Shown here one piece after another: positions 12,815 to 26,345 of a stretch of DNA of 64,000 nt. The stretch lies in assembly GCA_951406725.2 (NCBI GenBank), contig OX597827.1, positions 67,518,001 through 67,582,000 of the forward strand, written 5' to 3'. The notes beneath the pieces are model-generated. The model made no database searches and was not told where the DNA came from. It saw only the letters and a program-made list of their open reading frames with translations. A program made the translations under genes and the position numbers. Source of the DNA: Octopus vulgaris (lineage: Eukaryota). The stretch's first letter is position 1; each line of letters starts with the position of its first letter.

Positions 12815-13247
12815 AGGAAAAATTTTTTTAAAAATGCAGAATGCTCAAATGAAAGAAATTACTACTACTTCCTGTCCTGCCAACATGCTGAATTAAACCA
12901 CACAACACATGCTCTTAATCCCTTTGGATCTTAATACCTCAAGGTAATTTTTTCGTGAACAATCATAAAACTCAAGATACACAACGAACTCACAATGTAT
13001 CGGAGTACTTATTTTTTAATTTTTGTACATTTTTATCATTATTCTTTTGCAAAAAACAATGCAATTTTCTTTTTTTCCCCTTTCTAATTTCTAAAAAAAC
13101 TTTTTAAAAACATAAATATTCTTGACAAGTCATACAATGACGAAAACCGGTTGAATAAATATATATTTATATATTTTATCAATTTTTCATTTTAGTAAAA
13201 TTTTCTTTCATTTGAGCATTCTGCATTTTTAAAAAAATTTTTCCTTA
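12813..13247. mobile_element. Penelope-like terminal remnant bracketed by about 47-bp inverted repeats
   Basis: TAAGGAAAAATTTTTTTAAAAATGCAGAATGCTCAAATGAAAGAAA and its reverse complement at 13201-13247; abuts (TA)n; contains a hammerhead variant. Confidence 0.6.
13117..13157 (+). ncRNA. Minimal hammerhead ribozyme motif, U3/A8 variant with one extra A
   Basis: TATTC-TTGACAA-GTCA tacaa TGAC-GAAAA-CCGG-TT-GAATA. Confidence 0.55.
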
Positions 13248-13304
13248 CTTATCATTTCTCCACGTGCGGTCAACACAACCCCACCATTTATTGATCTATA
13301 TATA

Positions 13305-13690
13305 TGAATGGGAGGCAATGCACACCTAAAGGAAAACGTCAGCAATGCCTGTGCAAAATTTTACGTTCGATGAAGCTTATACGACACCTCATAGACCGTC
13401 TCCGCTCTATTGGCATTATCACAAGCCGAACAAAATGCCTGGTGCCAATATGAGTTGCAGGCTCAGGGATGTAGGCGTGCCATGATCTCAAGCATAAGCA
13501 AAAGATCCCCAAAATGTCTAATGCCATTCCTTACATATCGGTTTTATATCAGAGTAGCATTCTCCTAGAGACATGCTTCAACAAGAGCTAAGGGATGCCT
13601 CATTCCCAGTGGTCTTCCAGTACGCTGGACATCATCCCGGATTTTTTCTGCGTGTCCGTGCTATTGCTAGACAGTCGTTGAATCTGCATA
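13305..13690. repeat. Unclassified interspersed repeat, possibly a LINE UTR; second copy at about 57330-57675
   Basis: Shared blocks CAATATG.GT.GCAGGCT..GGATGT, AAGCAAAAGA, AATGCCATTCC, CTAGA.AGTCGTTGAA. Confidence 0.65.
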
Positions 13691-13800
13691 GATAGAGAGA
13701 AAGATATATATATATATAAATACATACATAGATACAAGCATACATACATACATAGAAGCATCCATACAAACATACAAGCAAACATACATACATATATAAA

Positions 13801-14142
13801 GGGGTAAAGACCCCCTTCGGTCATGAATGACCATGGGATTGCACCTAGAAAGTTACCCTCCTAGACACAAGTCCGGGCAAGGTTGTTTATGGAAGACCAG
13901 CAGTCACCCATGCGTACCAGCCTCCCCTCTCCACGCCACCAGTGTTATCCAAGGGAAAGACAAAGGTCGATACAGCTTGGCACCAGTGACGTTGCAACTC
14001 ATTTATACAGCTGAGTGAACTGGAGCAACGTGAAATAAAGTGTCTTGCTCAAGAACACAACACCCAGCCCGGTCCGGGATTCGAGCTCACAACCTCACGA
14101 TCGTAAGCTCGACGCTCTAACCACTGAGCCATGCGCCTTCAC
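13801..14142 (-). mobile_element. SINE family D (tRNA head, CORE-like domain, tail D), full length
   Basis: Minus strand GTGAAGGCGCATGGCTCAGTGGTTAGAGCG..CTCGAATCCC; CORE-like TGTGTTCTTGAGCAAGACACTTTATTTCAC..CTGTATAAATGAG; probable TSD ATACATATATA. Confidence 0.9.
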
Positions 14143-14214
14143 ATACATATATACATACATATATATATGACGAATGAGGGAAACAGAAAATGGGGTTAGC
14201 AAGATCTTTATTTC

Positions 14215-14319
14215 ACACAACGATCGTTTCGACCCTTTCTGCATCTGTCCCTTGCGAGTGAGATACCGCACAACTCATTGTGCTGTACCCTCAGTTACGG
14301 AATGCATCACATCAGGTGT
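14215..14319 (-). ncRNA. Degenerate hammerhead motif with long stem II
   Basis: Minus strand ACAC-CTGATGT-GAT..GTC-GAAAC-GATC-GTT-GTGT; A9 altered; palindromic stem III AACGATCGTT. Confidence 0.45.
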
Positions 14320-14379
14320 CTTTAATCGGCTTACTATTAACCATACACCCAAGGTCCAAATGATTATTTACACACACAC

Positions 14380-14427
<48 letters not shown>

Positions 14428-14466
14428 GTGTACATTTATACACAAAAGATGTGACCCTAACAGGAT

Positions 14467-14629
14467 ACCTTACATGCTAAATGGAACAGCTAAAGCCCAA
14501 ACCAGAGGGAACTACTGAAAATATTTTTATCATATATATGTATGTATATATATATATATATATATATACCTTACATGCTAAAGGGAACAGTTAAAGCTCA
14601 AACAAGTGGTAACTACTGAAAATGTTTTC

Positions 14630-14635
<6 letters not shown>
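14467..14635. repeat. Direct duplication of a 65-bp unit separated by (TA)n
   Basis: ACCTTACATGCTAAA.GGAACAG.TAAAGC.CAAAC..AACTACTGAAAAT occurs twice. Confidence 0.8.
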
Positions 14636-14687
<52 letters not shown>

Positions 14688-14708
14688 CATATGTGTGTAC
14701 TGCCTTCC

Positions 14709-14949
14709 GGGATGGTCCTTTTTTTGCAAATAGATACACGCACTATATATTTATTGTTCACTCGTTTATTGTTGTTCTTATTCTAACTAATGTACATTGT
14801 CCAGAAATCGTTCCTCACACATCTGTGACCTCTTCACCGACACTTTTCGTTTTCCTGTGTGCTCTTGCTCCACTTACTCCATTTTGCTCTTCATAGAAGA
14901 ACAAATATATACTGCGTGTGTTATTTGGCAAAAAAAAAATGGCCGTCCC
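14709..14949. mobile_element. MITE-like element with about 45-bp imperfect TIRs
   Basis: GGGATGGTCCTTTTTTTGCAAATAGATACACGCACTATATATTT versus reverse complement of AAATATATACTGCGTGTGTTATTTGGCAAAAAAAAAATGGCCGTCCC; no TSD seen. Confidence 0.6.
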
Positions 14950-15056
14950 AAAATACAAAACTATGTGTTCCAACACACGATTTAACATCAGGAGAATTGC
15001 AACACAAATTAATATACATATGTGTGTGTGCTTGTGCGTGTGTATGTTTGTGTGTG

Positions 15057-15160
<104 letters not shown>

Positions 15161-15437
15161 ATATAAATTAGAGATAAAACCACTATTATGCAACTCAAAC
15201 AGTGATAGACATAAACCAATACATAAATAACAAATAATATATATTTTTATAAAACATATAACTTATAACTAGATCTCTAAATGTATAAAATGGATGATAA
15301 ATATATTAATTTTATATTTTTTGAGATCTTGTTATAGTTTATGTTTTATAAAAATATATATTATTTGTTATTTATGTATTGGTTTATGTCTACCATTGTT
15401 TGAGTTGCATAACAGTGGTTTTATCTCTAATTTATAT
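15161..15437. repeat. Fold-back inverted repeat with about 125-bp arms inside (TA)n
   Basis: ATATAAATTAGAGATAAAACCACTATTATGCAACTCAAACA.. mirrored by ..TGTTTGAGTTGCATAACAGTGGTTTTATCTCTAATTTATAT. Confidence 0.9.
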
Positions 15438-15495
<58 letters not shown>

Positions 15496-15745
15496 AAATG
15501 TATGTATGTATGTATGTATGTATGTATGTATGTATGTATGTATGTATGTATGTATGTATGTATGTATGTATGTATACACATTATAATTAGGGTTCAGCAA
15601 CGATTTGCTTCACCACATACCGAAGTTTGGAAATAGCAGTCAAAAAATCTTAGCTATTCCTTCTACTTTAAAAGGGGCTCCCAGAAAACCCAAAGTATTT
15701 GAAAACAATCCACGCAGGCAAAAGGCAAAAATAAATTGATATATG

Positions 15746-15794
<49 letters not shown>

Positions 15795-16415
15795 GTACTA
15801 CGGTCTTCCACACAATTCCCGTCGACCAAAACTACATTCACAAAGCATTAATCGGTCTGAGGATATACAATAAAAAACCTGCTAAAAGTGTTGCCGACCG
15901 TGGCTGGAAATGAACCTGAAACCATATCGTTGCAATGAGAGGTTTTTAACCAAACAACTATTACCTGTTAATGGAATTTTGAAGTACCCCCGTATAGGAG
16001 CAATATTGCCTTCTCGAAGGCACTAAACATACTGAACAAGCATGCATGTATAATGAACGTTCCACCAGACGAATAGTATGACACCAGGTCATTAGGATAA
16101 CATGGCTACCAGCCGAGAAATGTTAATTTTACTTTTACTCTTCGCAGATATATTTCGCTATCAATTAATTAATCTATTTACTCAGAAATCGGTAATTTAT
16201 AGAGACTTAACATGGCGTTTTAAACAGTAGGGACATTGTGTAGTTGTGAGATGTTTTGTTGAAGCTAAACTTGAGACAAATTTACAAATCTATTGACTTC
16301 TTAATTCGATATGTAAATCTTTCAATTATCTCAAGCCATAAAAAGGCCAGACGTAATTACCATTGTTGCGCCATTAAGCCATAACACTTTCAGGTACGAA
16401 AATTAATTGTTATAT

Positions 16416-16449
<34 letters not shown>

Positions 16450-16493
<44 letters not shown>

Positions 16494-16547
16494 GTATCTA
16501 GGTTTGTATGCGTGCGTGTGTTTGTATGGATGTATGTATGTATGTAT

Positions 16548-16605
<58 letters not shown>

Positions 16606-16678
16606 GTATGTAAGTATATACATGTGCTTGTGTATCTAGGTTTGTATGCGTGCGTGTGTTTGTATGGATGTATGTATC

Positions 16679-16729
<51 letters not shown>

Positions 16730-16745
16730 GTATGTAAGTATATAT
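16450..16745. repeat. Tandem duplication of a microsatellite-containing unit of about 135 bp
   Basis: GTGTATCTAGGTTTGTATGCGTGCGTGTGTTTGTATGGATG..TACGTATGTAAGTA occurs twice. Confidence 0.85.
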
Positions 16746-17467
16746 GTATATATGTGTATGGGATTTACAACAACTTGACTGCTTCTTCACAGAAACTGTA
16801 AATTTACAAGTTCACCCAAAACGTAAGCGCAGACATGGCGCTTGCATGCTATTTGAGACTAAGAAGTTGTTGCTTCACAACCAAAAAGTCAAGAGTTCGA
16901 GTCTTGAGCCATCCGTCTTTTACGTTAGTCTCGGGATAATCATGTATTGTAAGTAAAACTGGTTGATGAAAACTTCGAGGATGCTCCCTGTAGATGTGTG
17001 TGTGTGTATGTATGTGTGTGTGAGTGAGTGTTCCGCATATGCCTGTGTTTGCAAGCCGTTGGTCTTATATTTGTCTTTAGACTGACACCGCTTAAACAAT
17101 CTTATCTCATTTTTATATCCAGTAACTGAGGTGTGTCACAAATAGCAAGGGTTAAGTTAAGTACCAGGCTTCAGAATAAATACTGGGGGTGATATGATCT
17201 AGTGAAAAAACTTTGTAGCTAGTGTTACAGATGGACTGCATTTCAATAATTAAATGTGGTACCTCAGTAGATGTAAAGCTTCTTTTCTGGTATTCCGGCG
17301 TTGAATATTTAAAGTCAGATCGGGAAAGGAATGATTGATTCCACTTTGGTGTAATATAGACTTTCATTTAATCAAAGTATGTAAAGACTTCCTCCAGGGA
17401 CTCCCAAATGACGCAATGATTAAATAGGGACGTGACCCAGACTATCGCAATACAAATAATTACTATG

Positions 17468-18030
<563 letters not shown>

Positions 18031-18245
18031 AGGAGCGAGCTCGGCGAATCGTTTGCACGCCCGGCAAAATGCTCAGGGGCATTACATCAGTCAGTACGTT
18101 CTGAGTTCAAATTCCGCCAAGGTCGAGTTTGCCTTTTATCCTTTTGCGGTCGATAAATTAGTATAAGTGAAACACTGGGGCCGATATAATCGACTAGTCT
18201 CTTTCCCCCAAAGTTTCAGGCCTTGTGCATTTAGTAGAAAAGATT
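18031..18245 (+). mobile_element. SINE family B, diverged, alternative tail
   Basis: GCGAGCTCGGCGAATCG..GAGTTCAAATTCCGCC..TTTCAGGCCTTGTGC. Confidence 0.75.
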
Positions 18246-18465
18246 ATTAGAATCTAACACACTTCAATAAACAGTGGCAACACTGAAGATTTGTGGAGAA
18301 CGTTTTTCGGGACTTTTCAATATTGAGTGCAACTCTATCAATAAATATAAATAATTAAAACAGGAATAAAATAAACTCAACTCGACTGATGATTTTGTCG
18401 TGCTATAGACGTGTTTCTATATAAATAATATCACTCATAAGAAATTAGATATAAAACCGACCACT

Positions 18466-18853
18466 GGATGCTAGCACTCCGTCGGTTACGACGATGAAGG
18501 TTCCGGTTGATCCGAATCAACGGAACAGCCTGCTCGTGAAATTAACGTGTAAGTGGCTGAGCAATCCACAGACACGTGTACCCTTAACGTAGTTCTCGGG
18601 GATATTCAGCGTGACACAGAGAGTGACAAAGCCGGCCCTTTGAAATACAGGTACAACAGAAACAGGAAGTAAGAGTGAGAGAAAGTTGTGGTGAAAGAGT
18701 AAAGCAGGGATCACCACCATCCCCTGCCGGAGCCTCGTGGCGCGTTAGGTGTTTCCGCTCAATAAACACTCACAACGCCCGGTCTGGGAATCGAAACCGC
18801 GATCCTATGACCGCGAGTCCGCTGCCCTAACCACTGGGCCATTGCGCCTCCAC
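18466..18853 (-). mobile_element. SINE family C, full length
   Basis: 13-bp TSD AAAACCGACCACT (18453-18465 / 18854-18866). Confidence 0.93.
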
Positions 18854-19316
18854 AAAACCGACCACTACCAGCGATCACTACAAAAGCTAGTAATTATCAT
18901 ATCCGTCCAAATGATCATATATAACAATTGTATTAACTACGTGAAAGTGCTCAACATGGAATTAATGTCCTAGACGCATACATGTTTGGTAACTAGACTC
19001 AAACGTATCTCGTAGGATAAGTCATAATTAGTGTTAGTCTTAATCTTTAAATGCTTTCAGTTATTAAACTTCGGCCATTCTGGGGCACCGACTCGAAGAA
19101 TTTTAATTGAACGAATCGACACCAGTGCTAATTTTCTTTTCTTTTATCTAGATATTTATTCTAGCGACCCATTATGCTGAACTGCTACGTTGGGGGACGT
19201 AAACACTCCAACACCGGCTGTTAAGCAGTGGTGGGGACAAACACGGCCACATAATACACATAATAATATATATATATATATGCATATGTATGTATATATA
19301 TGCATATGTATGTATG

Positions 19317-19409
<93 letters not shown>

Positions 19410-19814
19410 ATTCTTGGTAGAATCAGGTATGTAAAAGAATATGCACCACGTAGGTTTGGATAAACCGGGGATGAGCTTCTATGGTCCATTAAATATCCAG
19501 TAGAATGCCTATAACACCAATTTTTTGTTGGTTTGTCTACCATTTTGGGGTCAGCTTCGGCTGGATACGAGCATGTTCCCACTGTGTTCTTGGGATATTC
19601 TATTGTTGTGAGTCCTTTACGGGTTAGCTGCTTATGGCGCCGCCTGTTTGGCGTCGCTGATTCAATGATGTCTTATTGGCATAAGATATTTTAATGTCTT
19701 TCTTTGATAGTCCATCCCCCTTCGACTCCTTCGCCCTCCGTCTCTTTCCATCACAACCTCTCTAATATTCCCTCTCTCAATTTCCCTCTTTTTGTCTCTT
19801 TTACTTTCTCTGTC

Positions 19815-19848
<34 letters not shown>

Positions 19849-19944
19849 AATCTCTTCCCCCTCTCTGTTTATGTGTGTGAATATGTGCCTGTGTGAGTAT
19901 GTACGTATAGAATTTCCTTCTCTCCCCCTATCAATACGCATATA

Positions 19945-20175
19945 TTTCTTATTTCTTTATTGCCCACAAGGGGTAAACATAGAGGAGACAAACAAGGACA
20001 GACAAAGGGATTAAGTCGATTACATCGACCCCAGTGCGTTAATGGTACTTATTTAATCGACCCCGAAAGGATGAAAGGCAAAGTCGACCTCAGCGGAATT
20101 TGAACCCAGAACGTAACGGCAGACGAAATACCGCTAAGCATTTCGCCCGGCGTGCTAACGTTTCTGCCAGCTCGC
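19945..20175 (-). mobile_element. SINE family B
   Basis: Reverse complement of the B consensus seen at 29060. Confidence 0.9.
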
Positions 20176-20838
20176 GTATATTTCTGCGCATGCGTGTACG
20201 TGTATGTCCGTCTGTGTCTGTGTTTGCCCCACCAGATCCAAAAGGAACTTTCACCAAAACAGATTGAATATCCAGTCAACTGTGTCAAATCGTCAGCTTT
20301 TAAACAACCGCACCCAATCCTCTCGTTCCCTCAAAAATCAACTCTGCCATGGATTGGCAGATCCTATCAAAAAACAAAAAATATGGGCTAAATACGACAA
20401 GATGGTCCTGTAGCTGTTGCTTATGAGACTTCGGAGGAAGGCTTGCTTCTGGATGTCTCACGTAGGCTACCGTAAATTGCTTTGATGTCGTGTGAACTAG
20501 TGTCCTTGCCTAAGGTTTAAAGACGCCCAGTTCCTAAGGGTAAACCCGGGAGAGAAAAATGCAGTTGAATAAGCAGTGAATAAACTTCCATGGCTCATTC
20601 CCAAAGAACATTAGGTAGCTTCAATCATTGCTATAACATTGGCATGAAAGTCAAGAAAGCAAACTCTTGCGCGCATGGCACGTCGAAGAGAGAATCTAAC
20701 GCACGATGATCAAACTTATCAATTATGAAAGCGAGACAAGCTGTGACTAGTCCGTCTTTTTATACAGAATTACTTTATGAAATATGCCGTTTCCTTATTC
20801 AAAACGGAAGAGTGTAATTTGAACGCAATTTAGCTGAT

Positions 20839-21360
20839 CTTCTTCTTCTTCTTCTTCTTCTTCTTCTTCTTCATCATCATCTTCCAATCAGTACTCTCGC
20901 CATTAGCCACAAAGAATAATCTCCTACTCGAGCCTACTCTAAGCTACTAAGAATGCGTGTGGCAACATGAAGATCCACCCACCACACACGATAGACTGGC
21001 GGTTGCACGGGCGCGAAAGCTACGTTGTTATCCTCATTCCGTCAACGGTAGCTTATAACGGGTGGAGAGTTGGACCATCCTGGGGTACAAAGGATTCACA
21101 ATCTAGACTAAGGTCTGAAAGTTTCCCACACCATAGTGGGTTACAACATGGCTCCTCTGCTTTGGAGTAGAAGTAGGAAGAAAGAGTGAGAGAAATTTGA
21201 GGTGAAAGAGTACAGCGGGGTTCACCACCAACCCCGCCGGAGCCTCGTGGAGCTTGGGTGTTTTTGCTCAATAAACACTCAAGATGCCCGGTCTGAGAAT
21301 CTAAACTGCGTTCTTACGACCGCGAGTCCGCTGCCCTAAACACTGGGCCATTGTGCGCCC
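20839..21360 (-). mobile_element. Chimeric SINE: C head with tail F ending in (GAA)n
   Basis: C head to CTCACTCTTTCTTCCT, then tail ..GCCAGTCTATCG..GGTGGGTGGATCTTCA..GTGGCTAATGGCG..TGATTGGAAG; possible TSD TTTAGCTG; second copy at 42805. Confidence 0.85.
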
Positions 21361-22070
21361 ATTTTAGCTGCTGTTTGTCGCAGATCTGGCGAGCTTATAG
21401 CTTATCGCTTACTCTTAATTTGTTTCCGTCATTAGTCTGTGACTATGCTGGGGTACCGCTTTGGTGTATTTCAATCGAAGAAAGCCACTACAGCAATTTT
21501 TTTAAAGCCAGGTACTTGTTCTAACGGTTGTCAAGCGATGGTGTAGGACAAACACAAGCACCAGGAAACACAGACACACACGCAAACAAGAATATGTACA
21601 TATATATATATATATATACGATCAACCGATTCGACTCGTGGTTTCCTTCGGGTGGAGGCTATACTTGAAAACTGAACGCAGAACCCTGTGAATGAGAAGC
21701 AAACTTCTTACCACACAGCCACGCCTGAGCTTCACAGAATTTATATAAAAGAATCTATTTTGGTTGTAATAGAATTTTATAGTAAACATCAACTACATTT
21801 ACAGTTAAAATACAATCATCTAAGTTGGCATTTTTTTTATATTTTTATAAGAACACATTTTATTTACTTCTTTTGAAGCCATTTAAATTCGTTCAGTCCG
21901 AAATAAATAAAATTAAATTAAAATCAATAATTTTTTATTTATCTTTAAATGAAATAAAGTAAATATTTTTTCTCTCCTACTCTTTCTCTATCATTACGTA
22001 CATATTTCTCTCTCTGCACCTCACCCACTCTTTCTGTCACTCTGTGAGTGTTTGTGTATATACGTATGTG

Positions 22071-22125
<55 letters not shown>

Positions 22126-22233
22126 GTATGTGTTTTATCTATGTATGTAAATGTCTGCATGTACATATGAATGTAAATATAAACATATGTATATATTTAC
22201 TATTTACATATATACACACATATATATTTATAC

Positions 22234-22348
<115 letters not shown>

Positions 22349-22703
22349 GACATATATATATATATATATATATATATGTCTGTGTGTGTGTGTGTATAAA
22401 TACACATGCATAAACGCACTTATAGGTATATATGCGAATACACACAGATAAAACATGTATATGTATGTGTCTAAATGTACATATGTATATATGTGTGTGT
22501 ATGTATGTATATATATATATGTGTATGTTTGTGTGTTTGTGTGCTTATATGAATATGCATATATATATATTATATATATATAATATATATTATATGTATA
22601 TATATATATTGTATATATAGATGTATATATATAATATGTATGTGTATATATATGTGTGTGTATACATACATATATACATATATACATATATATACACACA
22701 CAC

Positions 22704-22772
<69 letters not shown>

Positions 22773-22855
22773 CACTGTAACATATATTGTGTTATGTGGT
22801 GTCTCAGATAGTATCTTGCATAGAACTCACTATGAGATATAGATGCACTATTTAA

Positions 22856-22918
<63 letters not shown>

Positions 22919-23247
22919 CCTATGCGTAAGCATAAGTGTTAGTGTATAAGAGCTATTGCCTATTTATTGCTATATATATACATTTAATAGTGGCATTTGT
23001 AGTCGACATCAAATAATACGTTAAGAATAAAAGTAGATGATAAACAGGAAATGAAAAAAAATATTTAACATTATTACCTAACGTGCATAAGGTAAAATAA
23101 ATTATTTTTATGTTTTAATTTTACATGATTTAGAACTGAGTGACGCACCGTACTTTATGAAATATATTCCTATCATGTAGACCTTGTGACGTAGTTTCTA
23201 TTCTTGTGTGGATATATCATTTTATTTTGAATGCCGTCTGCCACGGA

Positions 23248-23299
23248 ATATCTGATGATAACGGCGTATTCTACGCACACATGAAACTATAAGTCATGT
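23248..23299 (+). ncRNA. Hammerhead motif, intact core, degraded base of stem II
   Basis: ATAT-CTGATGA-..GCGTA ttc TACGC..-GAAAC-TATAA-GTC-ATGT. Confidence 0.5.
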
Positions 23300-23339
23300 G
23301 GAATCAGCTCAAACTGTTTACTAAATACATATAAGACCA

Positions 23340-23394
<55 letters not shown>

Positions 23395-23440
23395 GGCATA
23401 ATTAAATCTCAGAATGAGATTGAAACAGTAATCTCTCGAT

Positions 23441-23754
23441 AATGTAAAGTATAGAAGCCATCTTATCATAACTAAACACATTGGGGAGGGGGTGTTACTG
23501 TAGCTTTATAGCCCCAAGAGATCGTCGTCTCTAGCTGGCTTTAGACACCATATCAGTGCTCTTGGAGTATTTGCAAAGGGAGGCCGTCCCTTCCTCAGGT
23601 ACCACTCAGGCTTGCGAGGAAGGGATGGCCTCCTTTGCAAATACTCCAAGGGCACTGATATGGTGTCTAAAGCCAGCTAGAGACGACGATCTTGTATATA
23701 TAGTAACACCCCCCCAATGTGGTATATGATAAGATGGCTTCTATACTTTACATT
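23441..23754. repeat. Fold-back palindrome of about 314 bp with a near-perfect 77-bp inner stem
   Basis: Outer arms AATGTAAAGTATAGAAGCCATCTTATCAT (perfect); inner arms AGATCGTCGTCTCTAGCTGG..CCCTTCCTC / GAGGAAGGG..CCAGCTAGAGACGACGATCT. Confidence 0.95.
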
Positions 23755-23755
23755 T

Positions 23756-23794
<39 letters not shown>

Positions 23795-23798
<4 letters not shown>

Positions 23799-23946
23799 GA
23801 GTGTGGTCAGAGGTTTGCTTCCCAACACAGGTTCCGGGTTCAGTCCCACTGCGTGGCACCAGCGGCAAGTACCTTATTCTATAGCCTCGGGCCGACCGAA
23901 GCCTTGTAAGTGTATCTGATAGAAGGAAACTGAAAGAAGCCCGTCG

Positions 23947-23987
<41 letters not shown>

Positions 23988-24200
23988 TTTGTTTGTGTCG
24001 GTGTTTGTCCCCCCACCATCGCTTGACAACCGATGTTGATGTGTTTACGTCCCCGTCATTTAGCGGTTCTGCAAAAGGAATCCCATAAAATAAGTTCTAG
24101 ACTTACAAAGAATAAGCCCTGGTGTCGATTTATTCGACTAAAGAGGGTGCTCCAGCATGGCCGCTGTCAAATGACTAAAAACAAGTAAAAGAATAAAAGA
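23795..24200 (+). mobile_element. SINE family A
   Basis: Head to tail match with other A copies. Confidence 0.88.
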
Positions 24201-24241
24201 ATATATATATACAGAAGAATATATATGTATGTATATATGTT

Positions 24242-24281
<40 letters not shown>

Positions 24282-24395
24282 TGTCTGTGTGTGTGTGTCT
24301 GTGTGTGTGTGTGTGTATTTGTGTGTGTGTGTGTGTGTTTATAATATTATTGTCTGGGAGGGTCATTCTCTTTCACTGCCTTCTTACTTTACACA

Positions 24396-24447
24396 CTCAC
24401 CGGTTCGATTTCCTGCTCGTTGCGTCTTGCACCCTCTTCATCAGAGA
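24396..24447 (-). ncRNA. Degenerate hammerhead motif in Penelope-like remnant
   Basis: Minus strand CTGATGAAGA..TCGAACCGGTGAG; one A of GAAA and the cleavage base appear lost. Confidence 0.35.
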
Positions 24448-24792
24448 ATATATATATTATTATCATGATATATGATAGTTATCATTGTTGATATATATAT
24501 ATACATAAACGGTTTAAGTAACTGAGATTCAAGTAAGTTCTAATGAATTCACATGAATATGGTCCTTAACTAGGATGGACCGGAAATCTATATGGTGTTA
24601 ACCATACGACAAGTGGGGTGATTACAAATAGGAAAAAATTCACTATGAACTATATATGGACAAGCACATATTCTGTAAGTTCAAGACCTTTCATCGGATC
24701 TCCAGGAATCGAACTTTCTTCAATGCAGTTAAACTCACACCCTCATTTGTATCTACCCCTTTTGATGTTTGGGAATCTCTGATGTTTTTTTT

Positions 24793-24876
24793 TCGGCTGA
24801 TGAGTACGAGCCACCTATATCTACTGCAATTTTTGTAGCTTATTAAAGATGTCCTCGTACGAAACAATTGTACCGA
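24793..24876 (+). ncRNA. Canonical minimal type I hammerhead ribozyme
   Basis: Stem I TCGG/CCGA; core CTGATGA; stem II GTACGAG/CTCGTAC (7 bp); GAAA; palindromic stem III ACAATTGT; GUA triplet, predicted cleavage after 24872. Confidence 0.8.
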
Positions 24877-24904
24877 TATTTTGATCCATTCTTGTTGCTT
24901 TTTT

Positions 24905-24944
<40 letters not shown>

Positions 24945-25949
24945 ACAAACAATAATAGCAATGTTTATTACAAAGTTACATAGAATTTTCTGTAATCATT
25001 TTAATATATATACAGCTTTACTTAGACCTACATATGTTTCTATTGCATCGATTAGTAATCGTTGCAAATGCAGCCTTACTATAATACCGATGCAGCTCCT
25101 TTGAGGTATTTGCTTGAATATGTGTGTGTCTTGAGGCTCTGTTTGCACTACTACCACCACCCTTCGCGCTTGAAATCTGCCGCTCCGCTGGTGTGTTTAG
25201 GTGCACGCAATTTAGCGGTTCGATGAAACCAATAGAGTCAGTACAAGGCTTAGAATTAAATTCCTTGAGTCGATTTGTTCGACTAAAACCCTTCAAGGTG
25301 GTGTCCCAGCATGGCCGAAGTCAAATGACCGAAAGAACTGATAGATACACGATATAAATGTGTGTGTGTGTGTGTGTCCTTGTATGTATACGGTTTATGA
25401 ATATATATGTATTATTGCATGTATAGGCATGTCTGTAGCTATGCCATCTTGTGCCGAATACATACATATGTAAAGCAAAGGCGCAGGCATGGCTGTGCTT
25501 TAAGAAGTTGCTTTCCAACCACTAGTGCCATCTAGACATTGAGCACACTTTTGTACAATCTTGTTCCTTGCGGCGTATAACTGTAGAATACGATTTAATA
25601 ATTAATCAGAATTAGTCATTCATAAATGGTTTTGCTCATCACAAATGATGTATGATTAATTCATTAACTAGCGGGACCCGTGAATAATTCACGAAATTAA
25701 TGGTAAATTCATTAGGTTATTTCTGAAAACTTTATCCATAAAGCTTGAAAGCATGGCCTGTGTTGTGTCTATATCAACGGAGAATCATCCGATGAACTTC
25801 AATTTGAAGAACTGTCTCGCCGGCTTTTTTGTCTGACTAAAATTAATAATTTAGAAAATAACGTGTTTCACCAAACAAATTATATATATTTTTTTTAATG
25901 CTTAAAAAGTATTTGGTTACTGATTACGTTTGCTTGCAAAGACATTACT

Positions 25950-26345
25950 ACTCTTTTACTTGTTTCAGTCATTTGACTGCGGCCATGCTGGAGCACTGCC
26001 TTTACTCGACCAAATCGACCCCCAAGACATCCTTTGTAAGCTTAGTTCTTATTTTATCGGTCTGTTTTGCCGAACCGTTAAGTTACGGGGACATAAACAC
26101 ACCAGCATCGGTTGTCAAGCGATGTTGAGGGGACAAACACAGACACGCAAACATACACACACACATACATATACATATATACGACGGGCTTCTTTCAGTT
26201 TCCGTCTACCAAATCCACTCACAAGGCTTTGAATGGCCCGAGGCTATAGTAGAAGACACTTGCTCAAGATGCCACGCAGTGGGACTGAACCCGGAACCAT
26301 GTGGCTCGTAAGCAAGCTACATACCACACAGCCACTCCAACGCCT
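25950..26345 (-). mobile_element. SINE family A, full length
   Basis: Matches the 7070-7478 copy. Confidence 0.92.
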
